Assembly (NCBI GenBank): GCA_023395675.1
Contig: JAEWYL010000205.1
Location: forward strand, 1 to 43,533
Length of the DNA: 43,533 nucleotides
Direction of reading: 5' to 3'
Source of the DNA: Chloroflexota bacterium
GTDB lineage: Bacteria > Chloroflexota > Anaerolineae > Anaerolineales > UBA4823
Both the position numbers and the translations under genes were made by a program. The stretch's first letter is position 1; every line of letters starts with the position of its first letter. Below are positions 9,592 through 18,171 of this stretch, piece by piece. The notes under the pieces were generated by a model, which searched no databases, was not told where the DNA came from, and saw only the letters and a program-made list of their open reading frames with translations.

Positions 9592-10086
9592 TCAGGTTTT
9601 CACCTCCAGCCAATCCCAGATGCGGTCCGCCGCCTGCGCCGCCAGCTCGGCCGTGCGGGGGGACAGCGCGCGCGAGAAGCCGAAGCTGTAACCCCGTACC
9701 GAGACCAGCAGCGCCTCCGGCTCCTGGCCGTACAGCGCGCCGGTAAAGGACAGGAGCGATTCAGGGGTCAGGTGATGGGTGAAAGGCGAGGTCTGAAACT
9801 CCTGGCGCACCGGGACGGCGCGCACTTCCTCTGGCACTGCCCCCGTATGCGCGTCAATAAAGCAGATGCGCTCGAACTCTGCCGCGGTCTCCGCCAGCTC
9901 AGGGGTAAGCTGGAGCACAAAGAGCAGCTCGATCTCTTCCCCCTGCAGGTCGAAGGCCTCCTCGACGGCGTCCGGGGCCGGCCGGCCGAGACGGCGGGCG
10001 ATCTCCGCCAGGACGTGATACGCCACGCCGTCATCTTCCCGGTCGATATTCCCGTAGCCCAGGAGCAGAGTCTTCTTATCGCTCAA
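9592..10086 (-). CDS. hoxW: [NiFe] hydrogenase maturation endopeptidase (HoxW/HycI family), 164 aa
   Basis: It has the motif LLLGYGNIDREDDGVAYHV (GxGNxxxxDDGxG) and a C-terminal DAH (FIDAHTG). The track ORF starts at 10137 inside hoxH. I prefer TTG 10084-10086, which is preceded by AGGGAG placed between the hoxH stop (TAA 10097-10099) and the TTG. Confidence 0.8.
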   Translation of the reverse strand: MSDKKTLLLGYGNIDREDDGVAYHVLAEIARRLGRPAPDAVEEAFDLQGEEIELLFVLQLTPELAETAAEFERICFIDAHTGAVPEEVRAVPVRQEFQTSPFTHHLTPESLLSFTGALYGQEPEALLVSVRGYSFGFSRALSPRTAELAAQAADRIWDWLEVKT

Positions 10087-10096
10087 CCGGCTCCCT

Positions 10097-11524
10097 TTAT
10101 CCTTGCGTGAGGGTCTTGACCAGGCCGCCGTCCGCATCCAGGACTTCGACCTCGATCGGCATCTGGCCTACTGCATGGGTGGAGCAGGACAGGCAGGGGT
10201 CGTAAGCCCGCACCGCAGCCTCGACCCGGTTCAGCAGCCCTTCGCGGATCTCCGGGCCGGTGATATAGGTCTTGGCGACGCTGTCCACCGCCTGGCTCAT
10301 GGCCCAGTTGTTGTGCCCGGTGGCCACGATCAGGTTCACGTGGGTGAGCGCGCCGTCCTCGTTCGCCTTGTAATGGTGGAAGAGCGTGCCGCGCGGCGCC
10401 TCCAGAATGCCCACGCCCTCTCCCCGGAAGTCCTTGCGGGTGTTGAGGATGTCGGTGCTGAGGGCATCCGGGTCCTCCAGGATGACGCGCGCCCGTTCTA
10501 CCGCAAAGAGCGTTTCGATCAGGCGGGCGTAGTGGTAGTAGAGCGTGTTCTCCACCGGTCCGCCGGGGTTGAGGGCTTTGAAGCGCAGCAGTTCGGCCTG
10601 CGCCAGCGGGGTGCCAATCTTTTCCGCCGCGTTCAGGCGTCCCAGCGGGCCCACGCGGTAGACGCCGTCGGGCCAGCCCATCTTCTTGTAGTAAGGGAAC
10701 TTGAGGTAAGACCAGCTCTCCACGTGCTCGGCGATGTAATCCAGGTAATCCCCTCCGGCGAATTTCTCGAGCTGCACGCCGTCGGCGCCGATCAGGCGCA
10801 CGGCGCCTTCGTAGAGCTCCAATCCGTTCTCGGGCGTGACCAGGCTCATATAGCCGGTGGGGAAGACCGCAAACTTGCGGATATCCTCCATATTCCGTTC
10901 GGCCCAATCCCGGGCGATGCCCAGGCCGGTCTGGATGGCTTCGATGGCCGCATCCACGCCCGCCAGGATCGTCTCGCGCTCGCCGGGCTGCAGGGCCTTG
11001 TTCACCCCGCCGGGGACGGCGAAGTTCGGGTGGATCCTGCGCCCGCCCAGAATACGGATGATCTCCTGTCCAAACTTGCGCAGGTTCACCGCTTTGAGCG
11101 CCAGCTCCGGGTTTGCACCGATCAGGCCGATCACGTTGCGGGAGGCAGGGTCGGCGTCGAAGCCGAGCAGCAGGTCGGGGCCGGCCAGCTCGAAAAAGTG
11201 CATGCCGTGGCTCTGGATCACCTGGCCCATGTGCATCAGCTCGCGCAGCAGGCTGGCCGGGCGGGGCGGGGGCGAGCCGGCCAGGTCGTCGGCGGCTTTG
11301 GCTGCCGCCAGGTGATGGCTGACCGGGCAGATACCGCAGATGCGGGGGGTGATGGATGGCATCTCGAAGTACATCCTGCCCTCGCAGAACTTCTCGAAGC
11401 CGCGGAATTCATTGATGTGCAGATAAGCCCGGTCCACCGTCCCACCCTCGTTCATGTGGATGGTGACTTTGGCGTGTCCCTCGATCCTGGTGACCGGCTC
11501 GATCGTAATTTTTTGTGTCGTCAT
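10097..11524 (-). CDS. hoxH: [NiFe] hydrogenase large subunit, cytosolic group 3 (HoxH-like, most consistent with 3d), 475 aa
   Basis: It has the N-terminal Ni-binding motif [10 protein letters not shown] and the C-terminal motif [10 protein letters not shown] 25-residue tail ([11 protein letters not shown]...) follows, which is the expected substrate for the adjacent protease. GGAGAG lies upstream of the ATG. The subgroup is inferred from the HoxEFUY neighbours, not from phylogeny. Confidence 0.9.
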   Translation of the reverse strand: MTTQKITIEPVTRIEGHAKVTIHMNEGGTVDRAYLHINEFRGFEKFCEGRMYFEMPSITPRICGICPVSHHLAAAKAADDLAGSPPPRPASLLRELMHMGQVIQSHGMHFFELAGPDLLLGFDADPASRNVIGLIGANPELALKAVNLRKFGQEIIRILGGRRIHPNFAVPGGVNKALQPGERETILAGVDAAIEAIQTGLGIARDWAERNMEDIRKFAVFPTGYMSLVTPENGLELYEGAVRLIGADGVQLEKFAGGDYLDYIAEHVESWSYLKFPYYKKMGWPDGVYRVGPLGRLNAAEKIGTPLAQAELLRFKALNPGGPVENTLYYHYARLIETLFAVERARVILEDPDALSTDILNTRKDFRGEGVGILEAPRGTLFHHYKANEDGALTHVNLIVATGHNNWAMSQAVDSVAKTYITGPEIREGLLNRVEAAVRAYDPCLSCSTHAVGQMPIEVEVLDADGGLVKTLTQG

Positions 11525-11612
11525 TCTTTCTCTCCAATGGTTCGCAGGTGTCTTTCTGCTTGCGATACGGGTAAAACCTGGCAGTCTTCAGCAGCCTGCG
11601 ACCTTCAACCGG

Positions 11613-12155
11613 TTAGTGCCAGTGAAGCTTATCGTCCTTGATCTCGGGGATGCGCCCCTGGGCCAGTTCGCTGAGGACGTAGTAGATCACGTCCGGGTCG
11701 GGCGGGCAGCCGGGCACGAACACGTCCACGGGAACCACCTCGTGAATGGCGCGGGTGTCCTGCATCACCGCCAGCTCGGGGTCGTCCGGGATCTTGCCTC
11801 CGGCATCGGTGCTTTCGGTCTCCACGTAAGCCCGGCGCAGGGCGGCCTCGATCCCGCAGAAGTTGCGCATGGCAGGCACGCCGCCGAACACGGCGCAGTC
11901 GCCCAGGGCGACCAGGATCTTGCAGCGGCTGCGCATCTTGTGCGCCACCTCTTCGTTGGCCGAGTTGTTAATCCCGCCCTCGAGGATGCCCACCTCCACA
12001 CCGCTCTCATCCGGCTCTTTCAGATCGGTCACCGGGGTGGCGCGGATATCGGCCAGTTGGGCAATTTCTACGATACGCTCGTCAATATCCAGCAGCGACA
12101 TGTGGCAGCCGGCGCAGCCCGCCATCCAATCGCTAGAAATTTTCGGTTTCGTCAT
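11613..12155 (-). CDS. hoxY: [NiFe] hydrogenase small subunit, short HoxY type (180 aa)
   Basis: Only the proximal-cluster cysteines are present (AGCAGCHMS, GDCAVFGG, VPGCPP), and the ~180 aa length is typical of HoxY. I chose ATG 12153-12155 (MTKPKISS) because AGGAG lies 8 nt upstream. Confidence 0.85.
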   Translation of the reverse strand: MTKPKISSDWMAGCAGCHMSLLDIDERIVEIAQLADIRATPVTDLKEPDESGVEVGILEGGINNSANEEVAHKMRSRCKILVALGDCAVFGGVPAMRNFCGIEAALRRAYVETESTDAGGKIPDDPELAVMQDTRAIHEVVPVDVFVPGCPPDPDVIYYVLSELAQGRIPEIKDDKLHWH

Positions 12156-12237
12156 TTTTGTACTCCTGATCAACAATTACCGGTACCCGGCCTGCCCCGG
12201 GGAGTTTGAACTCTATCCGGAGCGGGCAAAGCTGCAT

Positions 12238-14094
12238 TTATGCGGCCGCCTTTTCGACCAGTTCAGCCTTCCAGTCGCCGCTGAGCGGAGAGCCAAGGCA
12301 GGCAGCCAGGGCCGATAGGGCCTCTTCGTTCGAGCGCACCCAGGCGGCGGGCGCGACGCCCGCGCGGGCGGCCTGCAGCCGGCCTTCCAGGTTCAGGTAG
12401 TGCCCGGCCTGTTCGGCCCAGGTGCCTACCGGCAGGACCACGTCCGCCTGCTCGGTGAGCGGCGAGGCGTAGCTGGCCTGCACGGCGAGGAAAGGCACGC
12501 CGGAGAGGCTCTCGACGAGCTGCAGGCTGGGGACGTCGTCTCCCAGGGCCAGGAAAGCGGCCGCGCAGCCTTCAGGGTTGAATGCGCCCTGCAGGCCGTA
12601 GCGGCGGGCCGCCAGGCTGTTGGCGCCGCCCGCGGTCTGGACCACCGGCGCCCCGTTTGCCAGGGCGACCAGGGCTTCCAGGGCTCCGGGCTCCGCGATG
12701 ACCAGCGCGCCGGCCACGAAGACCGGTTTCCGGGCCTGGGCGATCAGGCGCGCGGCCTGGGCCAGGCTGGAGGAGGCGCCATTACCGCCCACGCTCTGCA
12801 CTGCAGTCGCCAGGCTGCGCAGGGTCTCGCCCAGCCCGCCTTCCGCCGTGCGAATGTTCAGCGAGGCGTGTTCCGCCAGGCCGTTCTCGTCGCTGTCAAC
12901 CAGCACCAGGTTGGTCCCCTGCGGCAGGCTGCGTTTGATAAAGAAACCGGCGACCTGGTGGCCGGCAGCCAGGTCGGCCCCAACCACAACCACACAGTCC
13001 GCGTCTTTCAGGGCCTTCAGGCTCTGCGCGGCGGGCAGATCCGCCATGCGGGCGGCCTCGATGCCGGCAGCGGCCCTGCCGCCGAGCTTCTCCACAAACA
13101 GCTCCTTGAAAGAGGCCAGGGCCTCGGCGGTCAGACGGGTGGAGGCCAGGGCGGAGATCCGGCCGGGAGAGCCTGCCAGCGGGGCCAGCTTACCGGCGAT
13201 GAAAGCGGTCGCTTCCTCCCAGGTGGCCGGCTCCAGGCTGCCGTTCTTGCGCACCAGCGGCGTGGTCAGGCGGGGGCGGTCGTCCTCCACAGGCAGGTAG
13301 TGGCCTGCTTCGCACAGCACGCCGCCGTTCACCGGGTGCTCCCAGTCGCCGTCGACGCGCACCAGGCGGTTGTCCCGCACCACCAGCTCAATCCCGCAGC
13401 CGACCGAACAGCCGGCGCAGACCGAGGGGATGCGCTCGAACTCGGCCTCTTTGCCCAGGTAAGCGTCTACCCGGTCAATCAAGGCCCCGGTCGGGCAGAC
13501 CTGCACGCAGGTCCCGCAGCGAATACAGCTGCTCTCACCGACCGGCAGCCCGTAATCAGCCACCACCATGGTAGAGGCGCCCCGGTTTTCGAGGCTCAGG
13601 GTGTGGCTGCCCACCAGCTCGTCACAGGCGCGCACGCAGCGGCGGCACAGGATGCAGCGGTTGTGATCCAGTACAAAATAAGGGTGCGAAGCATCCACCG
13701 GATAGGGCTTCCAGGCCGGCTGAATGGGCCAGTGGGTCATGCCCTCTCCGTAGGCGGCGTTCTGCAGCTCGCAGTCGCCGTTCGTCTTCTGGCAGTACAT
13801 GCAGAAGTGGTTGCGTTCGCTGAAAAGCAAGGTCAGGACGAACTCCCGGGCTTTCTTCACCGCAGGGCTGTCGGTGTGCACCACCATCCCGTTGGTTACA
13901 GGCAGCGTGCAGGAGGTCTGCAGGGTGCGCATACCCTCCACCTCGACCACACACAGGCGGCAGCCGCCGTAGGGCTTCAGCGAGGGGTGATCGCACAGGG
14001 TGGGGATGTCCAAACCCGCCAGCCTGGCTGCTTCCAGCACAGTGGACCCGGCCTGCACCTCAATAGACTGACCATTAATTGTTACTGCTACCAT
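12238..14094 (-). CDS. hoxU: HoxU-position Fe-S subunit, NuoG/FdhA-like with degenerate C-terminal MopB-like domain (618 aa)
   Basis: It has a 2Fe-2S motif (CDHPSLKPYGGCRLC), a His/Cys cluster region (NHFCMYCQKTNGDCELQ), 4Fe-4S motifs (CILCRRCVRAC, CIRCGTCVQVCP) and a MopB-type cluster (CAGCSVGC...LCEAG). About 330 aa follow with no Sec/Cys-His catalytic segment. I chose ATG 14092-14094 (MVAVTINGQ) with AGGAGA upstream. Confidence 0.8.
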   Translation of the reverse strand: MVAVTINGQSIEVQAGSTVLEAARLAGLDIPTLCDHPSLKPYGGCRLCVVEVEGMRTLQTSCTLPVTNGMVVHTDSPAVKKAREFVLTLLFSERNHFCMYCQKTNGDCELQNAAYGEGMTHWPIQPAWKPYPVDASHPYFVLDHNRCILCRRCVRACDELVGSHTLSLENRGASTMVVADYGLPVGESSCIRCGTCVQVCPTGALIDRVDAYLGKEAEFERIPSVCAGCSVGCGIELVVRDNRLVRVDGDWEHPVNGGVLCEAGHYLPVEDDRPRLTTPLVRKNGSLEPATWEEATAFIAGKLAPLAGSPGRISALASTRLTAEALASFKELFVEKLGGRAAAGIEAARMADLPAAQSLKALKDADCVVVVGADLAAGHQVAGFFIKRSLPQGTNLVLVDSDENGLAEHASLNIRTAEGGLGETLRSLATAVQSVGGNGASSSLAQAARLIAQARKPVFVAGALVIAEPGALEALVALANGAPVVQTAGGANSLAARRYGLQGAFNPEGCAAAFLALGDDVPSLQLVESLSGVPFLAVQASYASPLTEQADVVLPVGTWAEQAGHYLNLEGRLQAARAGVAPAAWVRSNEEALSALAACLGSPLSGDWKAELVEKAAA

Positions 14095-14117
14095 TCTAAA
14101 AATCTCCTGATTCAGTT

Positions 14118-15758
14118 CTAAGCAAGCGCCGGGACCTGATCCATCGGGCAGACGCCGGTGGGGCATACGCCCAGACGGATATGGGCCTCAACTTCAGCGC
14201 GGAAGTGTTTCAAAATATCGCGGATCGCCACCGAGGCAGTCTGCCCCAGCCCGCAGTTGGAAAGTTGTTCCATCGCCACGCCCAGGCGCTGGATCTCGTC
14301 CAGCTCCTCCAGGCTCCCGGCGCCGGCTGCCAGCCGCTCCAGGATCTCGTAGGTGCGCTGTGTGCCGATGCGGCAGGGGGTGCATTTTCCGCAGCTTTCG
14401 AAGCGGAAGAACTGCATCAGCACCCGGGCCAGATCCACCACGCAGGTACGGTCGTCGCAGACCAGCAGCGCGCCGGACCCCAGGGATACTCCGGCCTTGC
14501 GGAACGATTCGAAGTCCATGGGCGTGTCCACCAGGCTCGCCGGTACGATCGAGCCGCTGGACCCGCCGGTCTGGAACAGTTTGAGCGGGCGGCCGTCCTT
14601 CATGCCCCTGGCGTAAATGGCGATCACCTCTCGCAGGGTAATGCCCATGGGCACTTCGATCACCCCGGTCATGTTCACGTTGCCCAGGATGGTGTAGACC
14701 TTGGTCCCCGGGCTGCGAGGGGTGCCGAAGCTCCTGTACCAGGCGGCCCCATGCCTCAAGATCGGCGGGACATTGGCCAGGGTCTCCACATTGTTCACCA
14801 GGGTCGGCTTGCCCCACAGGCCCTTCGTGGGCGGGTAGGGCGGGCGGGAGCGCGGCTCGCCGCGCTTGCCCTCGATGGATTCGATCAGGGCGGTCTCCTC
14901 GCCGCAGATATAGGCCCCGGCTCCGGCATGGACGTGCAGGTCGAAGCTGAAATCCGTGTTGAACAGGCCCTTGCCCAGCAGTCCGTGGGCGCGCGCCTGT
15001 TCAATGGCCTTCTCCAGGCGCTGGTATGCCAGGCCGTACTCGCCGCGGATATAAATATAGCCTTCGCTGGCGCCCACCGCATAAGCGGCGATGGTCATGG
15101 CCTCCACGATGCTGTGAGGGTCGCCCTCCAGGATCATGCGGTCTTTAAAGGTGCCCGGCTCGCTCTCGTCGGCGTTGCAGATCACGTACTTGGGATCGCC
15201 CTCGGCCGAGGCGACAAACGTCCACTTGCGCGCCAGAGGGAAGCCCGCCCCGCCGCGGCCCTGCAGCCCGGAGGCGTCCAGCTCCGCGATCACCTGCTGG
15301 GGGGTCATCTCCGTCAGCACCTTCGCCAGGGCTTCGTAGCCCTCGTTCAGGATGTATTCCTCGATGCTCTCCGGGTCGATTTTCCCTGCCCGCTGCAGCA
15401 CAATGCGCTGCTCGGCGGGCATGGCGCCTTTCCGGGCTCGCAGCCAGGCGATGGAGCCGGAGAGTTCGCGCACGGGGGCGAGCATGCTCTCGACCACGCG
15501 GCCTTTGTACAGGTGTTCCTCGACCAGAAGGTGAGCGTCCTCCGGACGTACGGGCCCGTACACCACCGCCTCGGGGTAGACCACCACCATCGGCAGGGCG
15601 TCGTGCCGGCCCAGGTCTCCGGCCATCGCCAGAGAGATTTCATCGGACAGGCCGTAGGCCTCGATCTCCTGCTGCAGCGCTTCCTGCAGGCGGTAAGCCC
15701 CACGCTGCATGCTCTGGGGGTCGCTGGATATCAGAACCATGGATCGGATTGTCTTCAT
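14118..15758 (-). CDS. hoxF: NAD(H)-binding flavoprotein subunit, NuoF/HoxF type (546 aa)
   Basis: It has an FMN/NADH site GRGGAGFPLARKW and an N3 cluster motif ESCGKCTPCRIGT. The N-terminal thioredoxin-like domain has no cysteines, and there is no C-terminal 2x[4Fe-4S] domain. I chose ATG 15756-15758 (MKTIRSMV), 11 nt after the hoxE stop, with AAGGA upstream. Confidence 0.85.
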   Translation of the reverse strand: MKTIRSMVLISSDPQSMQRGAYRLQEALQQEIEAYGLSDEISLAMAGDLGRHDALPMVVVYPEAVVYGPVRPEDAHLLVEEHLYKGRVVESMLAPVRELSGSIAWLRARKGAMPAEQRIVLQRAGKIDPESIEEYILNEGYEALAKVLTEMTPQQVIAELDASGLQGRGGAGFPLARKWTFVASAEGDPKYVICNADESEPGTFKDRMILEGDPHSIVEAMTIAAYAVGASEGYIYIRGEYGLAYQRLEKAIEQARAHGLLGKGLFNTDFSFDLHVHAGAGAYICGEETALIESIEGKRGEPRSRPPYPPTKGLWGKPTLVNNVETLANVPPILRHGAAWYRSFGTPRSPGTKVYTILGNVNMTGVIEVPMGITLREVIAIYARGMKDGRPLKLFQTGGSSGSIVPASLVDTPMDFESFRKAGVSLGSGALLVCDDRTCVVDLARVLMQFFRFESCGKCTPCRIGTQRTYEILERLAAGAGSLEELDEIQRLGVAMEQLSNCGLGQTASVAIRDILKHFRAEVEAHIRLGVCPTGVCPMDQVPALA

Positions 15759-15769
15759 CGCGCCTGTCC

Positions 15770-16261
15770 TTATTCGTAGCGGGCCAGAATGCCGGGCACC
15801 TGTTCGGGCCGGACATTGCCGTATACGTCCTCGTCGATCAGCATCACCGGGCCTACCCCGCAGATCCCCAGGCAGCTGGTGGTGATCAGGGACCATTTCT
15901 TGTCGGGAGTGGTTTCGCCGGGTTCGAGCTGCAGGGCCTCTTTCACCGCTCCGAACAGCTCGCGTCCGCCCATTACGTGGCAGGGGGCACTCTCGCAGAA
16001 GCGCACCACGTGTTTTCCAAGCGGCTTCGTGGACAGCATCTCGTAAAAACTGGCTACCGCGAAGAGCTGCCCTTCCGAAACGCGCACGCTGGCGTTCCGC
16101 AGCTGTTTGCGCACTTCCACAAAAGCTTCCGGAGGGATATAGCCTAACGCGCGGTTCACCTCGCTGAGGATCGGGATGATGGCATCTCCATGGGCGCCGT
16201 GGAGCCTGATGGCCTCCTGGACGACTCCGGTGACATCTTTCTGGTTTATTTCGACCGACAT
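15770..16261 (-). CDS. hoxE: NuoE/HoxE-type [2Fe-2S] subunit (163 aa)
   Basis: Cluster motifs are RFCESAPCHVMG (Cx4C) and TSCLGICGVGP (Cx3C). I chose ATG 16259-16261 (MSVEINQ), preceded by AGGAGG. Confidence 0.85.
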   Translation of the reverse strand: MSVEINQKDVTGVVQEAIRLHGAHGDAIIPILSEVNRALGYIPPEAFVEVRKQLRNASVRVSEGQLFAVASFYEMLSTKPLGKHVVRFCESAPCHVMGGRELFGAVKEALQLEPGETTPDKKWSLITTSCLGICGVGPVMLIDEDVYGNVRPEQVPGILARYE

Positions 16262-16331
16262 TGGTCCTCCTGGAACGGGTTCAGACGATCTTTTCGCCGG
16301 TTCTGGATCAATTAATCCGTCTCTGCTGCCC

Positions 16332-16373
16332 GGTTCCGGCAGGGCCGTGCTGGCCCTGACCGGATCCGGAACC
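16332..16373 (-). other. two-tier RNA hairpin in the 123-nt spacer between the NuoF-like gene and hoxE
   Basis: Minus-strand RNA reads GGUUCCGG-auccgguc-AGGGCC-agcac-GGCCCU-g-CCGGAACC. That gives 8 + 6 perfect base pairs with one internal loop and no U tract afterwards. Confidence 0.5.
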
Positions 16374-16384
16374 ATCTCGGCGTC

Positions 16385-18169
16385 TTAAGAAAGCACCTGG
16401 ATGGAGTTGAAGTTGCAGACCTGCATGCAGATACCGCAGCGGATGCAGGTTTCGACATCAATCTCATGCGGCTGGCGCCGCTCGCCGTGGATGGCCTCCA
16501 CCGGGCAGTTGCGGGCGCAGACCATACAACCGGTGCAGATATCCTTCTGGATCTCGTAGCGGATCAGCGGCTTGCAGACCTTTGCCGGGCAGCGCTTCTC
16601 GTTGATATGCGCCTCATACTCATCCCGGAAGAACTTCAAGGTGCTGATAACGGGGTTCGGCGCGCCCTGGCCCAGGCCGCACAGGCTGGTGGTGGTGATC
16701 TGCGAGCACAGGTCATCGAGCAGGTCCAGGTCCGAAGGCTGGCCCTCGCCCGAGCAGATGCGCTCCAGGGTCTCCAGCAGGCGGCGGGTGCCCACCCGGC
16801 AGGGGGTGCATTTACCGCAGGATTCGTCCTGGGTGAAATCCATGAAGTAGCGGGCGATATCCACCATGCAGGTATCTTCGTCCATCACGACGAAGCCGCC
16901 CGAGCCCATCATCGCCCCGGCTTTTACCAGGGCTTCGTAGTCCACCGGAAGGTCCAGGTAATCTGCCGGAAGGCAGCCGCCCATCGGGCCGCCGATCTGG
17001 ACGGCTTTGATGGCTTTTCCGTTCGGGATGCCGCCGCCGACGTCGTAAACCACCTCGCGCAGCGTCATGCCCAACGGGACCTCAACCAGGCCGGTATTGT
17101 TCACGTCGCCGGCGATGGCGAAGGTCTTGGTGCCCTTCGAGCGCTCGGTCCCCATGCTGGCGAACCATTCCGGCCCGTTCAGGATAATCTGGGGGATATT
17201 GGCGTAGGTCTCGACGTTGTTGTTGTTGGTCGGTTTGTGCCACACACCCTTGACCGAGGGGTAGGGCGGGCGGGGGTGAGGCTCGCCGCGCTTGCCCTCG
17301 ATGGAGGCGATCAGCGCCGTCTCTTCACCGCAGACGAAAGCGCCGGCGCCTTTGCGCACTTCCATGTCGAAGGAGAAGCCGCTGCCCAGAATATCCTCGC
17401 CCAGCAGGCCCAGGGAACGGGCCTGTTCGATGGCGATGTTCAGGGTGCGCACGGCGATCGGGTACTCGGCCCGGCAGTAGATATAGCCGAAGCGCGCCCC
17501 GATGGCGTATGCGGCGATCACCATGCCCTCGATCACCGAATGGGGATCGCCTTCCAGGACGCGGCGGTTCATGAACGCGCCCGGGTCGCCCTCATCGGCG
17601 TTGCAGGTCAGGTATTTGGGGAAGTCAGGCACATTGCGCGTCAGCTCCCATTTTTTGGCGGCCGGGAACCCGGCTCCACCGCGGCCGCGCAGCCCGGACG
17701 CCATGACCGTCTCGATCACCTGCTCCGGAGTCATCTCCGTCAGCACTCTGGCCAGGGCGGCGTAGCCGTCTTCGGCAATATAATCCTCGATGTTCTCGGG
17801 ATCAATATTGCCGCAGTTGCGCAGCACCACGCGCACCTCTTTGGGTTTCGGCGGGCCGAGCTCTTCGTCCTTTGAAACCGCCAGCGGCAGCCGGTATTTC
17901 TCCACCACCCGGCCTTTGAGGAAATGCTCCTCGACCAGGAAAGGGATATCGTCTTCGGTCAGGCCGGCATAGTGGATTCCCTCGGGATATACCATCATCT
18001 CCGGGCCGGAGGCGCAGCCGCCGATGCGGGAAGTCTCCAGCACCTGCACCTCTTCAATCAGCCCCTGAGCGACCAGTTCGTCTTGCAGGGCGTCCATCAC
18101 CTGATGGGCGCCGTGAGCCAGGCACTCGGGGTCTGCACACACGAGTACGTGAGAGCGGTAATAGTGCAT
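16385..18169 (-). CDS. NuoF-like flavoprotein of the HydB/HndC (bifurcating-type) architecture (594 aa)
   Basis: The N-terminal thioredoxin-like domain carries Cys (HVLVCADPEC...GGCASGP). It has FMN/NADH site GRGGAGFPAAKKW and cluster motif ESCGKCTPCRVGT. The C-terminal ferredoxin domain has two CxxCxxCxxxC(P) motifs (CTGCMVCARNCP, CIRCGICMQVCN). Confidence 0.88.
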   Translation of the reverse strand: MHYYRSHVLVCADPECLAHGAHQVMDALQDELVAQGLIEEVQVLETSRIGGCASGPEMMVYPEGIHYAGLTEDDIPFLVEEHFLKGRVVEKYRLPLAVSKDEELGPPKPKEVRVVLRNCGNIDPENIEDYIAEDGYAALARVLTEMTPEQVIETVMASGLRGRGGAGFPAAKKWELTRNVPDFPKYLTCNADEGDPGAFMNRRVLEGDPHSVIEGMVIAAYAIGARFGYIYCRAEYPIAVRTLNIAIEQARSLGLLGEDILGSGFSFDMEVRKGAGAFVCGEETALIASIEGKRGEPHPRPPYPSVKGVWHKPTNNNNVETYANIPQIILNGPEWFASMGTERSKGTKTFAIAGDVNNTGLVEVPLGMTLREVVYDVGGGIPNGKAIKAVQIGGPMGGCLPADYLDLPVDYEALVKAGAMMGSGGFVVMDEDTCMVDIARYFMDFTQDESCGKCTPCRVGTRRLLETLERICSGEGQPSDLDLLDDLCSQITTTSLCGLGQGAPNPVISTLKFFRDEYEAHINEKRCPAKVCKPLIRYEIQKDICTGCMVCARNCPVEAIHGERRQPHEIDVETCIRCGICMQVCNFNSIQVLS

Positions 18170-18171
18170 TC

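Noticed and set aside
9532-10110. Perfect AAGGAGG followed 8 nt later by TTG opening plus-strand ORF 9547..10110.
   Set aside because: The ORF is antisense to the well-supported hoxW gene and encodes an Arg/Gly/Ala-rich shadow-frame product. The SD-like string is more likely a chance feature of the AT-rich spacer.
10097-11524. Possibility that the [NiFe] large subunit is a [NiFeSe] enzyme, or belongs to group 3b/3c rather than 3d.
   Set aside because: The C-terminal motif is DPCLSCSTH with Cys and no in-frame TGA, so it is not NiFeSe. The subgroup cannot be settled by eye, so I state 3d only as the best fit to the HoxEFUY context.
12208-12218. CTCTATCCGG in the hoxU-hoxY spacer resembles the left arm of the nested-palindrome repeat.
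   Set aside because: It is only a 7-8 nt match. There is no inner hairpin and no right arm, so it is indistinguishable from chance.
15759-15896. N-terminal extensions of track ORFs that overlap the preceding gene: hoxF to 15896, hoxE to 16375, hoxU to 14166, hoxW to 10137, the NuoE-like gene to 19787, DRTGG2 to 22604, the CBS-GHKL gene to 22309, the ABC-2 permease to 35001, NUDIX to 29893 and the IYD-like gene to 31628.
   Set aside because: The extensions are P/R/G-rich, unrelated to the families, and overlap upstream coding sequence or a repeat. Internal starts mostly have AGGAG-type sites at proper spacing and match the usual N-termini of the families.
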